A model generated the notes under the pieces. The model was not told the origin of the DNA and made no database searches. It worked only from the letters and a program-made list of their open reading frames with translations. A DNA stretch of 64,000 nucleotides, from the NCBI GenBank assembly GCA_017470905.1, contig JAFUXL010000022.1, forward strand, positions 5,884 through 69,883, in the 5' to 3' direction. Shown here in pieces: positions 31,885-42,421 of the stretch; positions within the stretch are counted from its first letter, which is position 1; each line of letters opens with the position of its first letter. Source of the stretch: Ruminococcus sp. (lineage in GTDB: Bacteria > Bacillota > Clostridia > Oscillospirales > Ruminococcaceae). A program made the position numbers and the translations under genes.

Positions 31885-31984
31885 ATACCTCCCATGATAT
31901 AATAACATATATTTAAAAAAATTTCAAGTATATTATTGAATAAACCGGAAATTTCAGTCAATTATTATCACCGAGGTGATATTT

Positions 31985-32593
31985 ATGAAAAAATCATACG
32001 GAGTACTTATCGCAGGTCTTGTGGCGGCAATTATAATATCAAATGCCTGTTCTTTCATAAGGGACGGAAGAAATCTCGAAAAATTAAGGCACAGCGTTTT
32101 AAGACTTCATATCCTTGCAAATTCCGACAGCGAATACGACCAGAATTTAAAGCTCATGGTGCGTGACGCTCTGCTCGGTGCGGATTTTTTCGGAGAATCC
32201 GAAAGTCTTGAAGATGCCGAAAACACAGCGAGAGAAAATCTCACGCAGATTATTGAAACCGCCGAAGGAGTTTTATCCGAAAACGGCTGCGATATGCCTG
32301 TTTCCGCCGAAATAGAGGATATTTACTTCGATGAAAGGGTATACGGAGACATAACCATGCCGGCAGGTACTTACCGTGCGTTGAGGATTAATATAGGCAG
32401 TGCGCAGGGTCATAACTGGTGGTGTGTGATGTATCCTCCGCTTTGCATACCTGCTGCCTGTGAGGCAGATGACGATAAACAGTGCGAGGAAAATTTCTTT
32501 GACGAAAAAGAGCTTGACATAATGTACAAGCCCCAAAAATATCAGGTACGTTTTGCTGTATGGGATATGATTAAGTCGATTAAGGATGATTAA
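31985..32593 (+). CDS. spoIIR: Stage II sporulation protein R
   Basis: VLRLHILANSDSEYDQNLKLMVRD and GHNWWCVMYPPLC; possible sigma-F-like promoter GAATA...GTCAATTATTA at 31938-31967. Confidence 0.96.
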   Translation: MKKSYGVLIAGLVAAIIISNACSFIRDGRNLEKLRHSVLRLHILANSDSEYDQNLKLMVRDALLGADFFGESESLEDAENTARENLTQIIETAEGVLSENGCDMPVSAEIEDIYFDERVYGDITMPAGTYRALRINIGSAQGHNWWCVMYPPLCIPAACEADDDKQCEENFFDEKELDIMYKPQKYQVRFAVWDMIKSIKDD

Positions 32594-32625
32594 TTTGTGC
32601 AAAGTGACGAAAATGCTTTACCCCC

Positions 32626-32654
32626 TTGACATATTGCGAAAAATATTGTATAAT
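32626..32654 (+). promoter_or_regulatory. Sigma-A promoter of the infC operon
   Basis: TTGACA-17-TATAAT. Confidence 0.85.
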
Positions 32655-32662
32655 GTTTCGGT

Positions 32663-32785
32663 AAACAAAGCAGAACTTTCCGTTCTCACCGTGAGGCTGT
32701 GCTAAAACGGTCAATATGCATTGAAATTCCCCTTGTAGGAATAGCTGCGTGTTGTGGGTGCGGATGTCTGCACCCATTTTTTGTT
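32663..32785 (+). ncRNA. Ribosomal protein L20 leader (attenuator)
   Basis: AAGCAGAA...TTCTCACC 5' motif and GGGTGCGGA/TCTGCACCC-T6 terminator upstream of infC-rpmI-rplT. Confidence 0.8.
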
Positions 32786-32814
32786 TTAAAATTTATAGTC
32801 GGAGGTGCTTAATT

Positions 32815-33333
32815 ATTAGCAAACAGGAACTGCAGATTAACGAAGAAATCAGAGATAAGGAAGTTCTCGTTATCGATGCCGAGGGAAAAAAACTCGGTGT
32901 ATTATCTGCCAAGGAAGCTCAGAAATTAGCCTTTGAACAGGATTTGGATCTGGTAAAAATCGCTCCGCAGGCTACGCCGCCTGTGTGCCGTATCATGGAT
33001 TACGGCAAATTCTGCTTTGAACAGGCTAAACGTGAAAAGGAAGCAAGAAAAAATCAGAAGGTCGTTTCCATAAAGGAAATAAGAATGTTTTCAACCATCG
33101 ATACCCACGATTTTGAAACCAAGGTCAATCAGGCTGTTAAATTCCTTCAGGGCGGCGACAAGCTGAAAGTTTCGGTAAGATTCCGTAAAAGGGCAATAGC
33201 TCACCCCGAACTCGGAAGCGAACTCCTCGAACGCTTCAAGGAAGCTGTTTCTTCTGCGGGTACTGTCGATAAACCGGCTAAAATGGAGGGGCGCAGCATC
33301 GTTATGTTCGTAAGCCCCAAAGCAAATAAGTAG
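32815..33333 (+). CDS. infC: Translation initiation factor IF-3 (ATT start at 32812 or 32815)
   Basis: INEEIR, LDLV and PPVCRIMDYGKF motifs; GGAGG followed by ATT ATT. Confidence 0.98.
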   Translation: MSKQELQINEEIRDKEVLVIDAEGKKLGVLSAKEAQKLAFEQDLDLVKIAPQATPPVCRIMDYGKFCFEQAKREKEARKNQKVVSIKEIRMFSTIDTHDFETKVNQAVKFLQGGDKLKVSVRFRKRAIAHPELGSELLERFKEAVSSAGTVDKPAKMEGRSIVMFVSPKANK

Positions 33334-33368
33334 GAACTTACCTGTTCCCAATCAAGGAGGACTATACA

Positions 33369-33572
33369 ATGGCAAAGGTTAAGGTAAAAACACACTCAGG
33401 CGCAAAAAAGCGTTTTAAGATTACAGGCAGCGGTAAGGTTAAGTATCAGCACACCAACAAGAGACACAGACTTACCCAGAAGGACACAAAGCGCAAGAGA
33501 ATTGCCCGCAATTCAGGTGTTGCAGGCAGCGCAAACGCTCCCACTGTTAAAAAGCTCGTTCCTTACCTCTGA
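33369..33572 (+). CDS. rpmI: 50S ribosomal protein bL35
   Basis: KTHSGAKKRFKITGSGK. Confidence 0.98.
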   Translation: MAKVKVKTHSGAKKRFKITGSGKVKYQHTNKRHRLTQKDTKRKRIARNSGVAGSANAPTVKKLVPYL

Positions 33573-33642
33573 TTAATACACGAGGCTTCGGAATTTGTAA
33601 AAATCACATCAGATTAGAATATATTATCGGAGGTAAAAGATT

Positions 33643-33996
33643 ATGGCACGTATCAAAGGTGCGTTGATGACCCGCAAAAGAAGAAATAAGACCTTAAAGC
33701 TCGCCAAGGGCTACTGGGGCGCAAAGAGCAAACACTTCAAGATGGCTAAACAGGCTGTCATGAAGTCAGGCAACTACGCTTATATCGGAAGAAAACAGAG
33801 AAAGAGACAGTTCAGACAGCTCTGGATTACAAGAATTTCCGCTGCCGCTAAAATCAACGGCATGAATTATTCAACCTTCATGAACGGCTGCAAAAAGGCA
33901 GGCATTACTCTCAACAGAAAAATGCTCTCCGAAATCGCCATAAACGATGCGGCAGGCTTCACTGCAATTGCCGAAAAGGCAAAGGCTGCTCTTTAA
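33643..33996 (+). CDS. rplT: 50S ribosomal protein bL20
   Basis: MARIK...LAKGYWG...FRQLWITRI...[10 protein letters not shown]. Confidence 0.98.
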   Translation: MARIKGALMTRKRRNKTLKLAKGYWGAKSKHFKMAKQAVMKSGNYAYIGRKQRKRQFRQLWITRISAAAKINGMNYSTFMNGCKKAGITLNRKMLSEIAINDAAGFTAIAEKAKAAL

Positions 33997-34005
33997 TGCA
34001 ATCCA

Positions 34006-34037
34006 AAACACGCTCGGTAAAAAAGAGCGTGTTTTTC
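34006..34037 (+). terminator. Terminator after rplT
   Basis: AAAACACGCTC/GAGCGTGTTTT. Confidence 0.8.
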
Positions 34038-34090
34038 TTAATCCCGATAATTAATTTTCGGGTATTCTCTTAAAAGGCGGTGCTGTATTT

Positions 34091-34891
34091 TTGGAGAATA
34101 TAGTCAAATCAAAGGATAATCCCCTCATCAAGCTGTATCAGAAGCTTTCCTCCTCCAAAAAAGAAAGGCTTCAGTACGGCTTATTCGTGTTGGAGGGTCT
34201 GCGCATAACAGAGGATGCTCTCAGGGAAGAAAGCGGTCTTTCGCATCTTATACTCACCTGTGCGGCTGCCGAAAAATACGGCGATATGCTCTTTCAAGCC
34301 GATTTGAAAAATGCAAGGGTCGTTGTTGTTTCAAATGAGCTTGGAAGAAAAATCTCTTCAACAGACAATACTCAGGGCATTTTCGCAATATGCCGCATAC
34401 CGCAGGAGAAAAATATCGTTTTTTCCGAAAACGGAAAATATATCGTTCTCTTCGGCTTGCAGGACCCCGGAAACGCCGGCATGATTATCCGTACCGCAGA
34501 TGCCCTCGGAATTGACGGCATTATAATGTCGGGCTGCTGTGATTTGTACAGCCCCAAGGTAATACGCTCAACTATGGGGAGTATCTTCAGAATGAATATA
34601 AATATAGAAAACGATACGGAAAGGCTCTTTTCGCTCCTCGAAGAAAATAATGTAATCACATCCGCCGCAGTAACCGACAGCGGCGCACTGCCTGTCACGG
34701 ATTATAATTTCGGCGGAAAACAGGCGGTTTTCATAGGCAATGAGGGCAACGGTCTGCCGTGTGACATATCCGGAAGGTGCAGCGGAAAAATCATTATCCC
34801 CATGCACGGAAATATAAATTCGCTCAATGCCGCCATGGCTGCGGGAATACTCATGTGGGAAATGAAGCGTGTTTCTCAGTCGGAGGCTTGA
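34091..34891 (+). CDS. TrmH/SpoU family RNA methyltransferase
   Basis: QDPGNAGMIIRTA, GNEGNG and SLNAAMA motifs. Confidence 0.95.
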   Translation: MENIVKSKDNPLIKLYQKLSSSKKERLQYGLFVLEGLRITEDALREESGLSHLILTCAAAEKYGDMLFQADLKNARVVVVSNELGRKISSTDNTQGIFAICRIPQEKNIVFSENGKYIVLFGLQDPGNAGMIIRTADALGIDGIIMSGCCDLYSPKVIRSTMGSIFRMNINIENDTERLFSLLEENNVITSAAVTDSGALPVTDYNFGGKQAVFIGNEGNGLPCDISGRCSGKIIIPMHGNINSLNAAMAAGILMWEMKRVSQSEA

Positions 34892-34892
34892 A

Positions 34893-36245
34893 ATGGACGA
34901 GATGAAATACTGGATATGGCTTACGATGATTTTCGGCGCAGGAAATATAAGGCTGTGGGAGGCTATGAGAAATTTTGAAACCCCTGCCGAGGCTTTTGAA
35001 AGGCTTAAAGCAGACGAAAATATTCTCAGGCTCAAGGACAGCGAAAAAAGAAGCATCAAAAACACCGACCTGTCCCATGTAAGCGAATTTATGCGCAAAT
35101 GCGCCGAAAATGGCATAGGAATAGCCGATTACGGTTCGGGCTTATACCCCTCGCATTTAAGACATATAACAAATCCTCCGGCAGTACTCTACTATATGGG
35201 AAATATCCGCTGTCTGTGCAATACAAAGACAATCACTGCCGTGGGAACAAGAAATCCAACGAGATATTCAATATATGCGGCTGACAGAATATGCCGTGAG
35301 CTTGCCGCAAAGGATTATGTCATAGTCAGCGGCTTTGCCGTGGGTATAGATATTACTACATCGCTTGCGGCGGTTTCTCAGCGTAAGCCTGCCGCCTGCG
35401 TACTCGGCTGCGGAGTTGATGTGAATTATCCTAAAGATAATTTCCGTTTCAAAAATGACATACTGCAAAGCGGCGGAGTATTCGTAAGCGAATATCCTCC
35501 TGCCACACCGCCCTACAGCGCAAATTTTCCCAAGAGAAACAGAATACTCTCGGCAATGGGAAGAATTTCCGTTGTATTCGAGGCCGGAAAGGGCAGCGGT
35601 TCGCTCATAACGGCAAACCTTGCTGCCGAACAGGGGAGAGATGTTTTCTGTCTGCCGCCAGCCGATATTTTTTCCGATAAGTTTTCTGGAAATGTCATGC
35701 TTCTTAAAGACGGCGCATATCCTCTTTACGATACGGAGGATATTGACGAGCTTTTCGCAGACGGCGGAGTTATAGACAGCGAAATACATGAAGAACAGTA
35801 CACGGGTATAAGCGTTTTCGGCGCAGGAAGTGTCGAAAGCATACCCGAAACCGTTCCCGTAGCGGAATATCTCAAGGCGGACAGTCATAAAAACATACCG
35901 CAGAACAAAGAAAGCATTCCCGGAACGAACGGTTATAAAAATATACCAAAAGACAGGAAAATCATTAAGGAAATCCGTCCGAAAAAGGAAAGCTGTAAAA
36001 ACATACCACAGGATAAGAAAATAATTCCGAAAAATGAACCCGAGCAAATTTCCTCCATGCCTGACGGTCTTACGGAGATACAGGTTAAAATTGTGAAAAT
36101 TATCGGGAAAGGCACTGTTCATGCAGATGTCATTGCAAGAGAGCTTTCTCTCGGTATGGAACAGCTTTTTGCCGAGCTGACGGAGCTTGAAGTGCTGGGA
36201 ACAGTAAATTCCCTGCCCGGCAAGATGTTTGAACTCAGTAAATAA
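34893..36245 (+). CDS. dprA: DNA-processing protein DprA
   Basis: VGTR, VSGFAVGID, FPKRNRILS and SGSLITA motifs; C-terminal winged helix LTELEVLG. Confidence 0.95.
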   Translation: MDEMKYWIWLTMIFGAGNIRLWEAMRNFETPAEAFERLKADENILRLKDSEKRSIKNTDLSHVSEFMRKCAENGIGIADYGSGLYPSHLRHITNPPAVLYYMGNIRCLCNTKTITAVGTRNPTRYSIYAADRICRELAAKDYVIVSGFAVGIDITTSLAAVSQRKPAACVLGCGVDVNYPKDNFRFKNDILQSGGVFVSEYPPATPPYSANFPKRNRILSAMGRISVVFEAGKGSGSLITANLAAEQGRDVFCLPPADIFSDKFSGNVMLLKDGAYPLYDTEDIDELFADGGVIDSEIHEEQYTGISVFGAGSVESIPETVPVAEYLKADSHKNIPQNKESIPGTNGYKNIPKDRKIIKEIRPKKESCKNIPQDKKIIPKNEPEQISSMPDGLTEIQVKIVKIIGKGTVHADVIARELSLGMEQLFAELTELEVLGTVNSLPGKMFELSK

Positions 36246-36269
36246 GCCGAACATGAAAGGAGAATTGGG

Positions 36270-38351
36270 ATGTCCGATTTGGTAATAGTTGAGTCTCCTG
36301 CCAAGGCAAAAACCATACAGAAATACCTCGGCGCAGGCTATGAGGTTATCGCCTCGATGGGGCATATAAGGGATTTGCCGAAGTCAAAAATGGGCGTTGA
36401 TATAGATAATGACTTCAAACCCCAGTATACCGATATGAAAGGCAAGGAGGACGTTATAAAAGACCTCAAAAAACGTGCAAAAAAATGCGGAAAGGTATAC
36501 CTTGCAACCGACCCCGACCGTGAGGGAGAGGCTATATCGTGGCATATAGCACAAATGCTCGGTCTTGATATGAACGACGACAACCGTGTGGCTTTCAACG
36601 AGATAACAAAGACAGGCATAACAAACGGTATGAACAATCCCCATAAAATAGATACCGACCTCGTGAACGCACAGCAGGCAAGAAGAATACTCGACAGAAT
36701 TGTCGGCTATCAGTTAAGCCCGTTTCTCTGGAAAAAGGTGAAGAGAGGGCTTTCCGCAGGCAGAGTGCAGACCGTTGCCGTTAGAATAATAGTTGACAGG
36801 GAGAACGAGATTAAAAAATTCGTACCGAAGGAGTACTGGTCTATAGATGCAAAATTTACAGCCCCCTCGTCAAGAAAGGTATTCGATGCATCATTGCTTA
36901 CGGTTGACGGAAACAAAACGGAAATATTGTCTCAGACAGATGCGGATGCCATACTCAAAAGGCTCGAAAATGCCGAATATATTGTAAGTGCCGTCAAGAA
37001 AAGAGTTACAAAGAAACAGCCCTCACCGCCTTTTATAACCTCAACAATGCAGCAGGAAGCATCACGCAAGCTGGGATTTACTTCAAAGCGCACTATGAAG
37101 GTCGCTCAGGAACTCTACGAGGGCGTTGATATAGAGGGCATAGGCGCAGTCGGTCTTATAACCTATATGAGAACCGACAGCCTGCGAATATCAGATGAGG
37201 CCAAGGCTGCCGCCGCCGAATATATCGAAAAGGTCTACGGCAAAAACTACCTCCCCGAAAAGCCCAGAGTTTTCAAGACCAAAAGCAACGCTCAGGACGC
37301 TCATGAGGCCATACGTCCCTCAACTCCGGGGCTTACCCCTGCAAGGGTAAAGGACAGCCTGTCCTCCGACCAGTATAAATTATACAAGCTTATATGGGAG
37401 AGATTTATCGCAAGTCAGATGGCTAACGCACTGCTCGACACGGTTTCCGTTGATATATCCGCAAACGGCTGCATATTCAGGGCATCGGGATATTCCGTAA
37501 AATTTGACGGATTTATGACCCTCTATGTCGAGTCCTCCGACAATGCGGAGGAAAATAAAAAAGTCCTCCCGGAACTCAATGCCGGCGACAAACTGAAGCT
37601 CAAATCAATTGCCGGAAATCAGCACTTCACCCAGCCCCCTCCGAGATATACTGAGGCATCATTAATCAAGGCTCTTGAAGAAAACGGCATAGGCAGACCG
37701 AGTACCTATGCGCCTACTATTTCGACAATAACCTCCCGTCAGTATGTAGAACATGAGGGAAAACAGCTTAAACCCACAAGTCTCGGCGAGGTTATAACCG
37801 AACTGATGAAAAAGCATTTCAAGAAGATTGTAGATGCGAAATTTACCGCAGAAATGGAGCATCAGCTTGATGAAGTCGAACACGGCGAAAAAGACTGGGT
37901 AAGCACTCTGCATGAATTTTACGATGACTTTTCCGAAACGCTCACAAAGGCTGAAGAAGCTATGGAGGGACAGAGGGTAAAAGTCCCCGATGTAGAAACG
38001 GATATAGTCTGCGAGCTGTGCGGAAAAAATATGGTCATAAAATACGGAAGATACGGCAAATTCCTTGCCTGCCCCGGTTTCCCCGAATGTTCAAACACAA
38101 AGAAAATAGTCACCGAAACAGAGGGAAACTGTCCGAGATGCGGAAAGAAAATGCTCCTCAAAAAATCCAAAAAGGGCAGGAGCTTTTACGGCTGTGAGGG
38201 CTATCCCGACTGCAATTTCATGACATGGTACGTTCCGTCAGCCGAAAAATGTCCGCAGTGCGGCAAAAGCCTTTTCATAAAGGGCGGAAAGTCGGGCAGA
38301 CTTATCTGCGAGAACGAGGGCTGCGGATATGAAAGAGAGCTGAAAAAATGA
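36270..38351 (+). CDS. topA: DNA topoisomerase I
   Basis: VIVESPAKAKTI, ATDPDREGE, LITYMRTD and Zn ribbons. Confidence 0.99.
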   Translation: MSDLVIVESPAKAKTIQKYLGAGYEVIASMGHIRDLPKSKMGVDIDNDFKPQYTDMKGKEDVIKDLKKRAKKCGKVYLATDPDREGEAISWHIAQMLGLDMNDDNRVAFNEITKTGITNGMNNPHKIDTDLVNAQQARRILDRIVGYQLSPFLWKKVKRGLSAGRVQTVAVRIIVDRENEIKKFVPKEYWSIDAKFTAPSSRKVFDASLLTVDGNKTEILSQTDADAILKRLENAEYIVSAVKKRVTKKQPSPPFITSTMQQEASRKLGFTSKRTMKVAQELYEGVDIEGIGAVGLITYMRTDSLRISDEAKAAAAEYIEKVYGKNYLPEKPRVFKTKSNAQDAHEAIRPSTPGLTPARVKDSLSSDQYKLYKLIWERFIASQMANALLDTVSVDISANGCIFRASGYSVKFDGFMTLYVESSDNAEENKKVLPELNAGDKLKLKSIAGNQHFTQPPPRYTEASLIKALEENGIGRPSTYAPTISTITSRQYVEHEGKQLKPTSLGEVITELMKKHFKKIVDAKFTAEMEHQLDEVEHGEKDWVSTLHEFYDDFSETLTKAEEAMEGQRVKVPDVETDIVCELCGKNMVIKYGRYGKFLACPGFPECSNTKKIVTETEGNCPRCGKKMLLKKSKKGRSFYGCEGYPDCNFMTWYVPSAEKCPQCGKSLFIKGGKSGRLICENEGCGYERELKK

Positions 38352-39670
38352 CGGTTAATGTTATAGGCGCAGGGCTTGCAGGCTGTGAGGCGGCATGGTG
38401 CGCTGCAAATTACGGAATAAATGTCCGCCTCTATGAGATGAAGCCCGAAAAATATACCCCTGCACATAAATATCAGGGCTTTGCGGAGCTTATATGCTCC
38501 AATTCACTGAAAGCCGCAAGACTTGAATCGGCGGCAGGACTTCTGAAAGCCGAAATGGAAATGCTCGGCTCTCTGACCGTTCCCTGTGCAAAGGAAAACG
38601 CTGTCGGGGCAGGCGGTGCGCTTGCCGTGAACCGTGAGAAATTTTCCGACAGCGTGACGGAAAAAATTAAAAATCACCCGAAAATAGAGGTAATAAGCAC
38701 GGAAGTTACCGAACTGCCGAACGGCATAAATATAATCGCCACAGGTCCACTCACATCGGGGGGAATGGCTGATACAATCAAAAAACTCTGCGGAGAGGGA
38801 CTCAGCTTTTACGATGCCGCTGCCCCGATTGTCACCTGTGAGAGCCTTGACAAAGACAAGATTTTCTTTGCGTCACGCTATGACAGGGGAGATGCGGACT
38901 ATATAAACTGTCCCATGAACAGGGAGGAATACCTTGCGTTTTACAGAGAGCTTATAAATGCCGAAAGAGTACAGCTAAAGGATTTTGAAACACACCCTTT
39001 CAGCGTATATGAGGGCTGTATGCCGATAGAAGTCTTAGCCTCCCGTGGCGAGGATACAATGCGTTTCGGTCCCCTGAAGCCCGTGGGAATAACCGACAGG
39101 CGCACGGGAAAAAGACCCTATGCCGTTGTGCAGCTAAGAAAGGAAAACCGTGAGGGTACTTTGTTCAATCTCGTGGGATTTCAGACAAATCTCAGATTCG
39201 GCGAACAGAAGAGAGTATTCTCGATGATAACGGGGCTTGAAAACGCAGAATTTGTCCGTTACGGAGTAATGCACAGGAATACATTCATAAACAGCCCAGC
39301 ATTGCTCAACAGCGATTTTTCCATGCGTGAAAATCCCGATATATATTTCGCAGGACAGATAACGGGTACTGAGGGCTATATGGAATCAGCCGCAGGCGGA
39401 ATAATCGCAGGTACGGCGGCGGCAAGAAAAATTCTCGGACTTGAACCAATTAAGCTCCCGGCTGATACAATGACGGGCGCACTTTCCGCATACGTCAGCG
39501 ACCCGTACAACAACGGAAAATTTCAGCCTATGGGCGCAAATATGGGAATACTCCCCGATATAGGCGTAAAAATACGGGATAAAAAGCAGCGTTACGGCGC
39601 ATATGCCGAAAGAGCAGTAAATTCACTTAAAAAAGAGCTTGAAAGGATTGGATATGAAAATAATCGTTGA
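38348..39670 (+). CDS. trmFO: tRNA (uracil-5)-methyltransferase TrmFO
   Basis: GAGLAGCEAAW, ELICSNS and RYGVMHRNTF motifs. Confidence 0.97.
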   Translation: MTVNVIGAGLAGCEAAWCAANYGINVRLYEMKPEKYTPAHKYQGFAELICSNSLKAARLESAAGLLKAEMEMLGSLTVPCAKENAVGAGGALAVNREKFSDSVTEKIKNHPKIEVISTEVTELPNGINIIATGPLTSGGMADTIKKLCGEGLSFYDAAAPIVTCESLDKDKIFFASRYDRGDADYINCPMNREEYLAFYRELINAERVQLKDFETHPFSVYEGCMPIEVLASRGEDTMRFGPLKPVGITDRRTGKRPYAVVQLRKENREGTLFNLVGFQTNLRFGEQKRVFSMITGLENAEFVRYGVMHRNTFINSPALLNSDFSMRENPDIYFAGQITGTEGYMESAAGGIIAGTAAARKILGLEPIKLPADTMTGALSAYVSDPYNNGKFQPMGANMGILPDIGVKIRDKKQRYGAYAERAVNSLKKELERIGYENNR

Positions 39671-40643
39671 CGGATTCGGGGGAGACAATGCCCCCCTCGA
39701 AGTGCTTAAAGGCTGCGAAAGAGCCGTAAATGAACTCGGTGTTGAAATAATTGTCACGGGCAGCAGGAGTATAATTAAGAAATGCGCCGCCGAAAACCAT
39801 ATAAGCCTTAAAAATATTTCAACAGAGCATACGGACGAAGTGTTTGACATTCACGAAGAACCGAAAGAGATTATAAAATCGGGCAGGAATACATCAATGG
39901 GGCTTGGTCTGCAATTGCTCGCCGACGGAAAGGGAGATGCATTCGTATCCGCAGGAAGTACGGGCGCACTGGTAATGGGTTCGACGTTCATAGTCAGGCG
40001 CATAAAGGGCATAAAGAGAGTTGCACCCTCCCCGATACTTCCTGCGGACAAAGGAAGCTTCATTCTCATCGACGCAGGCGCAAACACGGAATGCCGCCCC
40101 GAAATGCTCGTGCAGTTTGCCGTAATGGGCAGCGCATACATGGAAAAGGTAATGGGTATCAGAAATCCGAGAGTGGGACTTCTCAACATAGGCGCAGAGG
40201 ATACAAAGGGCAGAGAGCTTGAAATCAAGGCTTATAAAATGCTCAAATCCTCAAAGCTGAATTTCAGGGGCAATATCGAGGCAAGAGACTTGCCGAAGGG
40301 TTACTGTCATGTAGTGGTAACGGACGGCTTTACGGGAAATATTGTCCTCAAGCTTTATGAGGGAATGGGTTCGTTCTTCTCGAAAAAAATGAAGTGGATT
40401 TTTTCGGGGGCAGGAAAGCTGGGGGCAGTGTTTTCGCTTAAAAAAATCAAAAAATTCAGAAAACAGATGGATTACAAAGAAGTGGGCGGTTCTTCGCTCA
40501 TGGGAGTGAGAAAGCCTGTGATAAAGGCTCACGGAAGTTCGGACGCAACAGCATTTTTCAATGCGATACGTCAGGCGAAAAAATGTGTTGACGTAAACGT
40601 CACAAAGGTAATCGAGGATTACGTCGGCAGGAACAGTATATGA
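39654..40643 (+). CDS. plsX: Phosphate acyltransferase PlsX
   Basis: VDGFGGDNAP, SAGSTGA, DGFTGN and KAHGSS motifs. Confidence 0.97.
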   Translation: MKIIVDGFGGDNAPLEVLKGCERAVNELGVEIIVTGSRSIIKKCAAENHISLKNISTEHTDEVFDIHEEPKEIIKSGRNTSMGLGLQLLADGKGDAFVSAGSTGALVMGSTFIVRRIKGIKRVAPSPILPADKGSFILIDAGANTECRPEMLVQFAVMGSAYMEKVMGIRNPRVGLLNIGAEDTKGRELEIKAYKMLKSSKLNFRGNIEARDLPKGYCHVVVTDGFTGNIVLKLYEGMGSFFSKKMKWIFSGAGKLGAVFSLKKIKKFRKQMDYKEVGGSSLMGVRKPVIKAHGSSDATAFFNAIRQAKKCVDVNVTKVIEDYVGRNSI

Positions 40644-40658
40644 ATCGAGGGAATAAAA

Positions 40659-41348
40659 ATGAATACCGATAAACTTGAGGAAGAAATTAATTATAAATTC
40701 AGCGATATAAGACTTCTTATGCACGCTCTTTCGCATTCCTCATATGCAAACGAAAAAAGACACAACTGCGGCAGCAACGAGAGACTTGAATTTCTCGGCG
40801 ACAGTGTGCTTTCAATCATAGTTTCGGAATATCTTTTCAACACCTTCAAGGGCAACCCCGAGGGCGACCTCACGAAATTGAGGGCTGCGCTTGTGTGCGA
40901 AAAATCACTGCACAAATTTGCAAAGGAGATACATCTCGGAGATTATCTTCTTCTCGGAAAGGGCGAGGAAAATACAGGCGGCAGAGAACGTCCCTCAATA
41001 CTTGCGGACGCATTCGAGGCTGTTCTTGCGGCGATTTACCTTGACGGCGGAATAGAGGCTGCAAGACGTCATGTAATGCGCTTTATGCCGAAGGACATAG
41101 GCAGCGGAAAAAAACTGATATTCAGCGATTTCAAGACCGTTCTTCAGGAGATAGTCCAGAAAAACCCCGAAGAAAAGGTTGAATATGTCCTCATAGGCGA
41201 AGAGGGTCCCGACCATAATAAAATATTTATCGTTGAAGTGTGTCTGAACGGTCAGGTAATCGGCAAGGGTACGGGCAGGAGCAAGAAAGATGCCGAACAG
41301 CTTGCCGCAAAAGAAGCTCTGGAGCTTATGGGCTATGAGACATTCTAA
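40659..41348 (+). CDS. rnc: Ribonuclease III
   Basis: NERLEFLGDSVL plus a dsRBD. Confidence 0.98.
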   Translation: MNTDKLEEEINYKFSDIRLLMHALSHSSYANEKRHNCGSNERLEFLGDSVLSIIVSEYLFNTFKGNPEGDLTKLRAALVCEKSLHKFAKEIHLGDYLLLGKGEENTGGRERPSILADAFEAVLAAIYLDGGIEAARRHVMRFMPKDIGSGKKLIFSDFKTVLQEIVQKNPEEKVEYVLIGEEGPDHNKIFIVEVCLNGQVIGKGTGRSKKDAEQLAAKEALELMGYETF

Positions 41349-42417
41349 TATATCAATATTCATACCGCATACGGGCTGTCCGCACAAGTGCAGCTTCTGC
41401 GACCAGCATACAATAAGCGGAGCGCAGAAATCCTCCTCCGCCGATGAAGTCAGGGAAATATGCGAAAAAGCCGTGAAAGAGATAAATTCCCCCGAAAATA
41501 CCGAGATTGCATTTTTCGGCGGAAGCTTTACGGCGATACCGAGGGAATATATGATTTCTCTCCTTAAAACGGCGCATGAATTTGTCGGAGGAGGTAAATT
41601 CCACGGCATAAGAATTTCGACACGCCCGGATTATATAAATCCCGAAATACTTGATATTTTGAAAAAATACGGCGTTACTGCGATAGAACTCGGCGCACAG
41701 TCCATGAGCGACAAAGTCCTTGCGGCGAACGAGAGAGGTCATACCGCACAGGACGTTGTAAATGCAAGCAGTCTTATAAAGAAATACGGCTTTGAACTCG
41801 GCTTGCAGATGATGATAGGGCTTTACGAAAGCACGGGCGAAGACGAATGGGAAACCATGGAGAAAATCCTTGAAATTCACCCCGATACGGTAAGAATATA
41901 CCCCGTTGTGATACTTAAAAACACAAAGCTTGCCCAATTGCTCGAAAGCGGTGAATATCAGCTTTTCGGCGGAGAAAATGACGAAAGATTTTATTATGAT
42001 TTTGATGATGTAGTCGATACGGCAGCCGCACTTCTTGAAACATTCGAGGAAAACGGAATAAGGGTAATAAAATGCGGACTTCATGCAAGTGAATTTGTCG
42101 AGAAAGATATGGTGGGCGGATATTATCACCCTGCATTCCGTGAACTCTGCGAAAGCATTATCTACAGGGAAAAAATATGGAATGCATTGTCCGATTATGC
42201 CGACCTGAGCAGACCGCAGAAATATATAAAAGAAGAAGCAGAGGCAAAGCTTGCAAAACTTCATGATAGCTTTACAATTGCCGTAAATCCCTCATGCATA
42301 AGCAAGGCTATGGGTCATAAAAAATCAAATCAGCTTCATTTCAGGGAAAACGGAATTGAGATAAAAATAATCGGCGATGAAAATATCCCGAAATATAAAT
42401 GCGAACTGAGAAGGTGA
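41335..42417 (+). CDS. Elp3-like radical SAM protein
   Basis: CPHKCSFC, FFGGSFT and STRPD motifs; lies between rnc and smc. Confidence 0.92.
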   Translation: MRHSNISIFIPHTGCPHKCSFCDQHTISGAQKSSSADEVREICEKAVKEINSPENTEIAFFGGSFTAIPREYMISLLKTAHEFVGGGKFHGIRISTRPDYINPEILDILKKYGVTAIELGAQSMSDKVLAANERGHTAQDVVNASSLIKKYGFELGLQMMIGLYESTGEDEWETMEKILEIHPDTVRIYPVVILKNTKLAQLLESGEYQLFGGENDERFYYDFDDVVDTAAALLETFEENGIRVIKCGLHASEFVEKDMVGGYYHPAFRELCESIIYREKIWNALSDYADLSRPQKYIKEEAEAKLAKLHDSFTIAVNPSCISKAMGHKKSNQLHFRENGIEIKIIGDENIPKYKCELRR

Positions 42418-42421
42418 GAGG

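Noticed and set aside
32812-32817. ATT start codon of infC as a novelty
   Set aside because: This is the well-known IF-3 autoregulation feature.
35268-36365. 365-aa antisense ORF, and similar long ORFs such as 41353-42264 and 22304-23047
   Set aside because: Shadow frames opposite well-supported genes, with no recognisable motifs.
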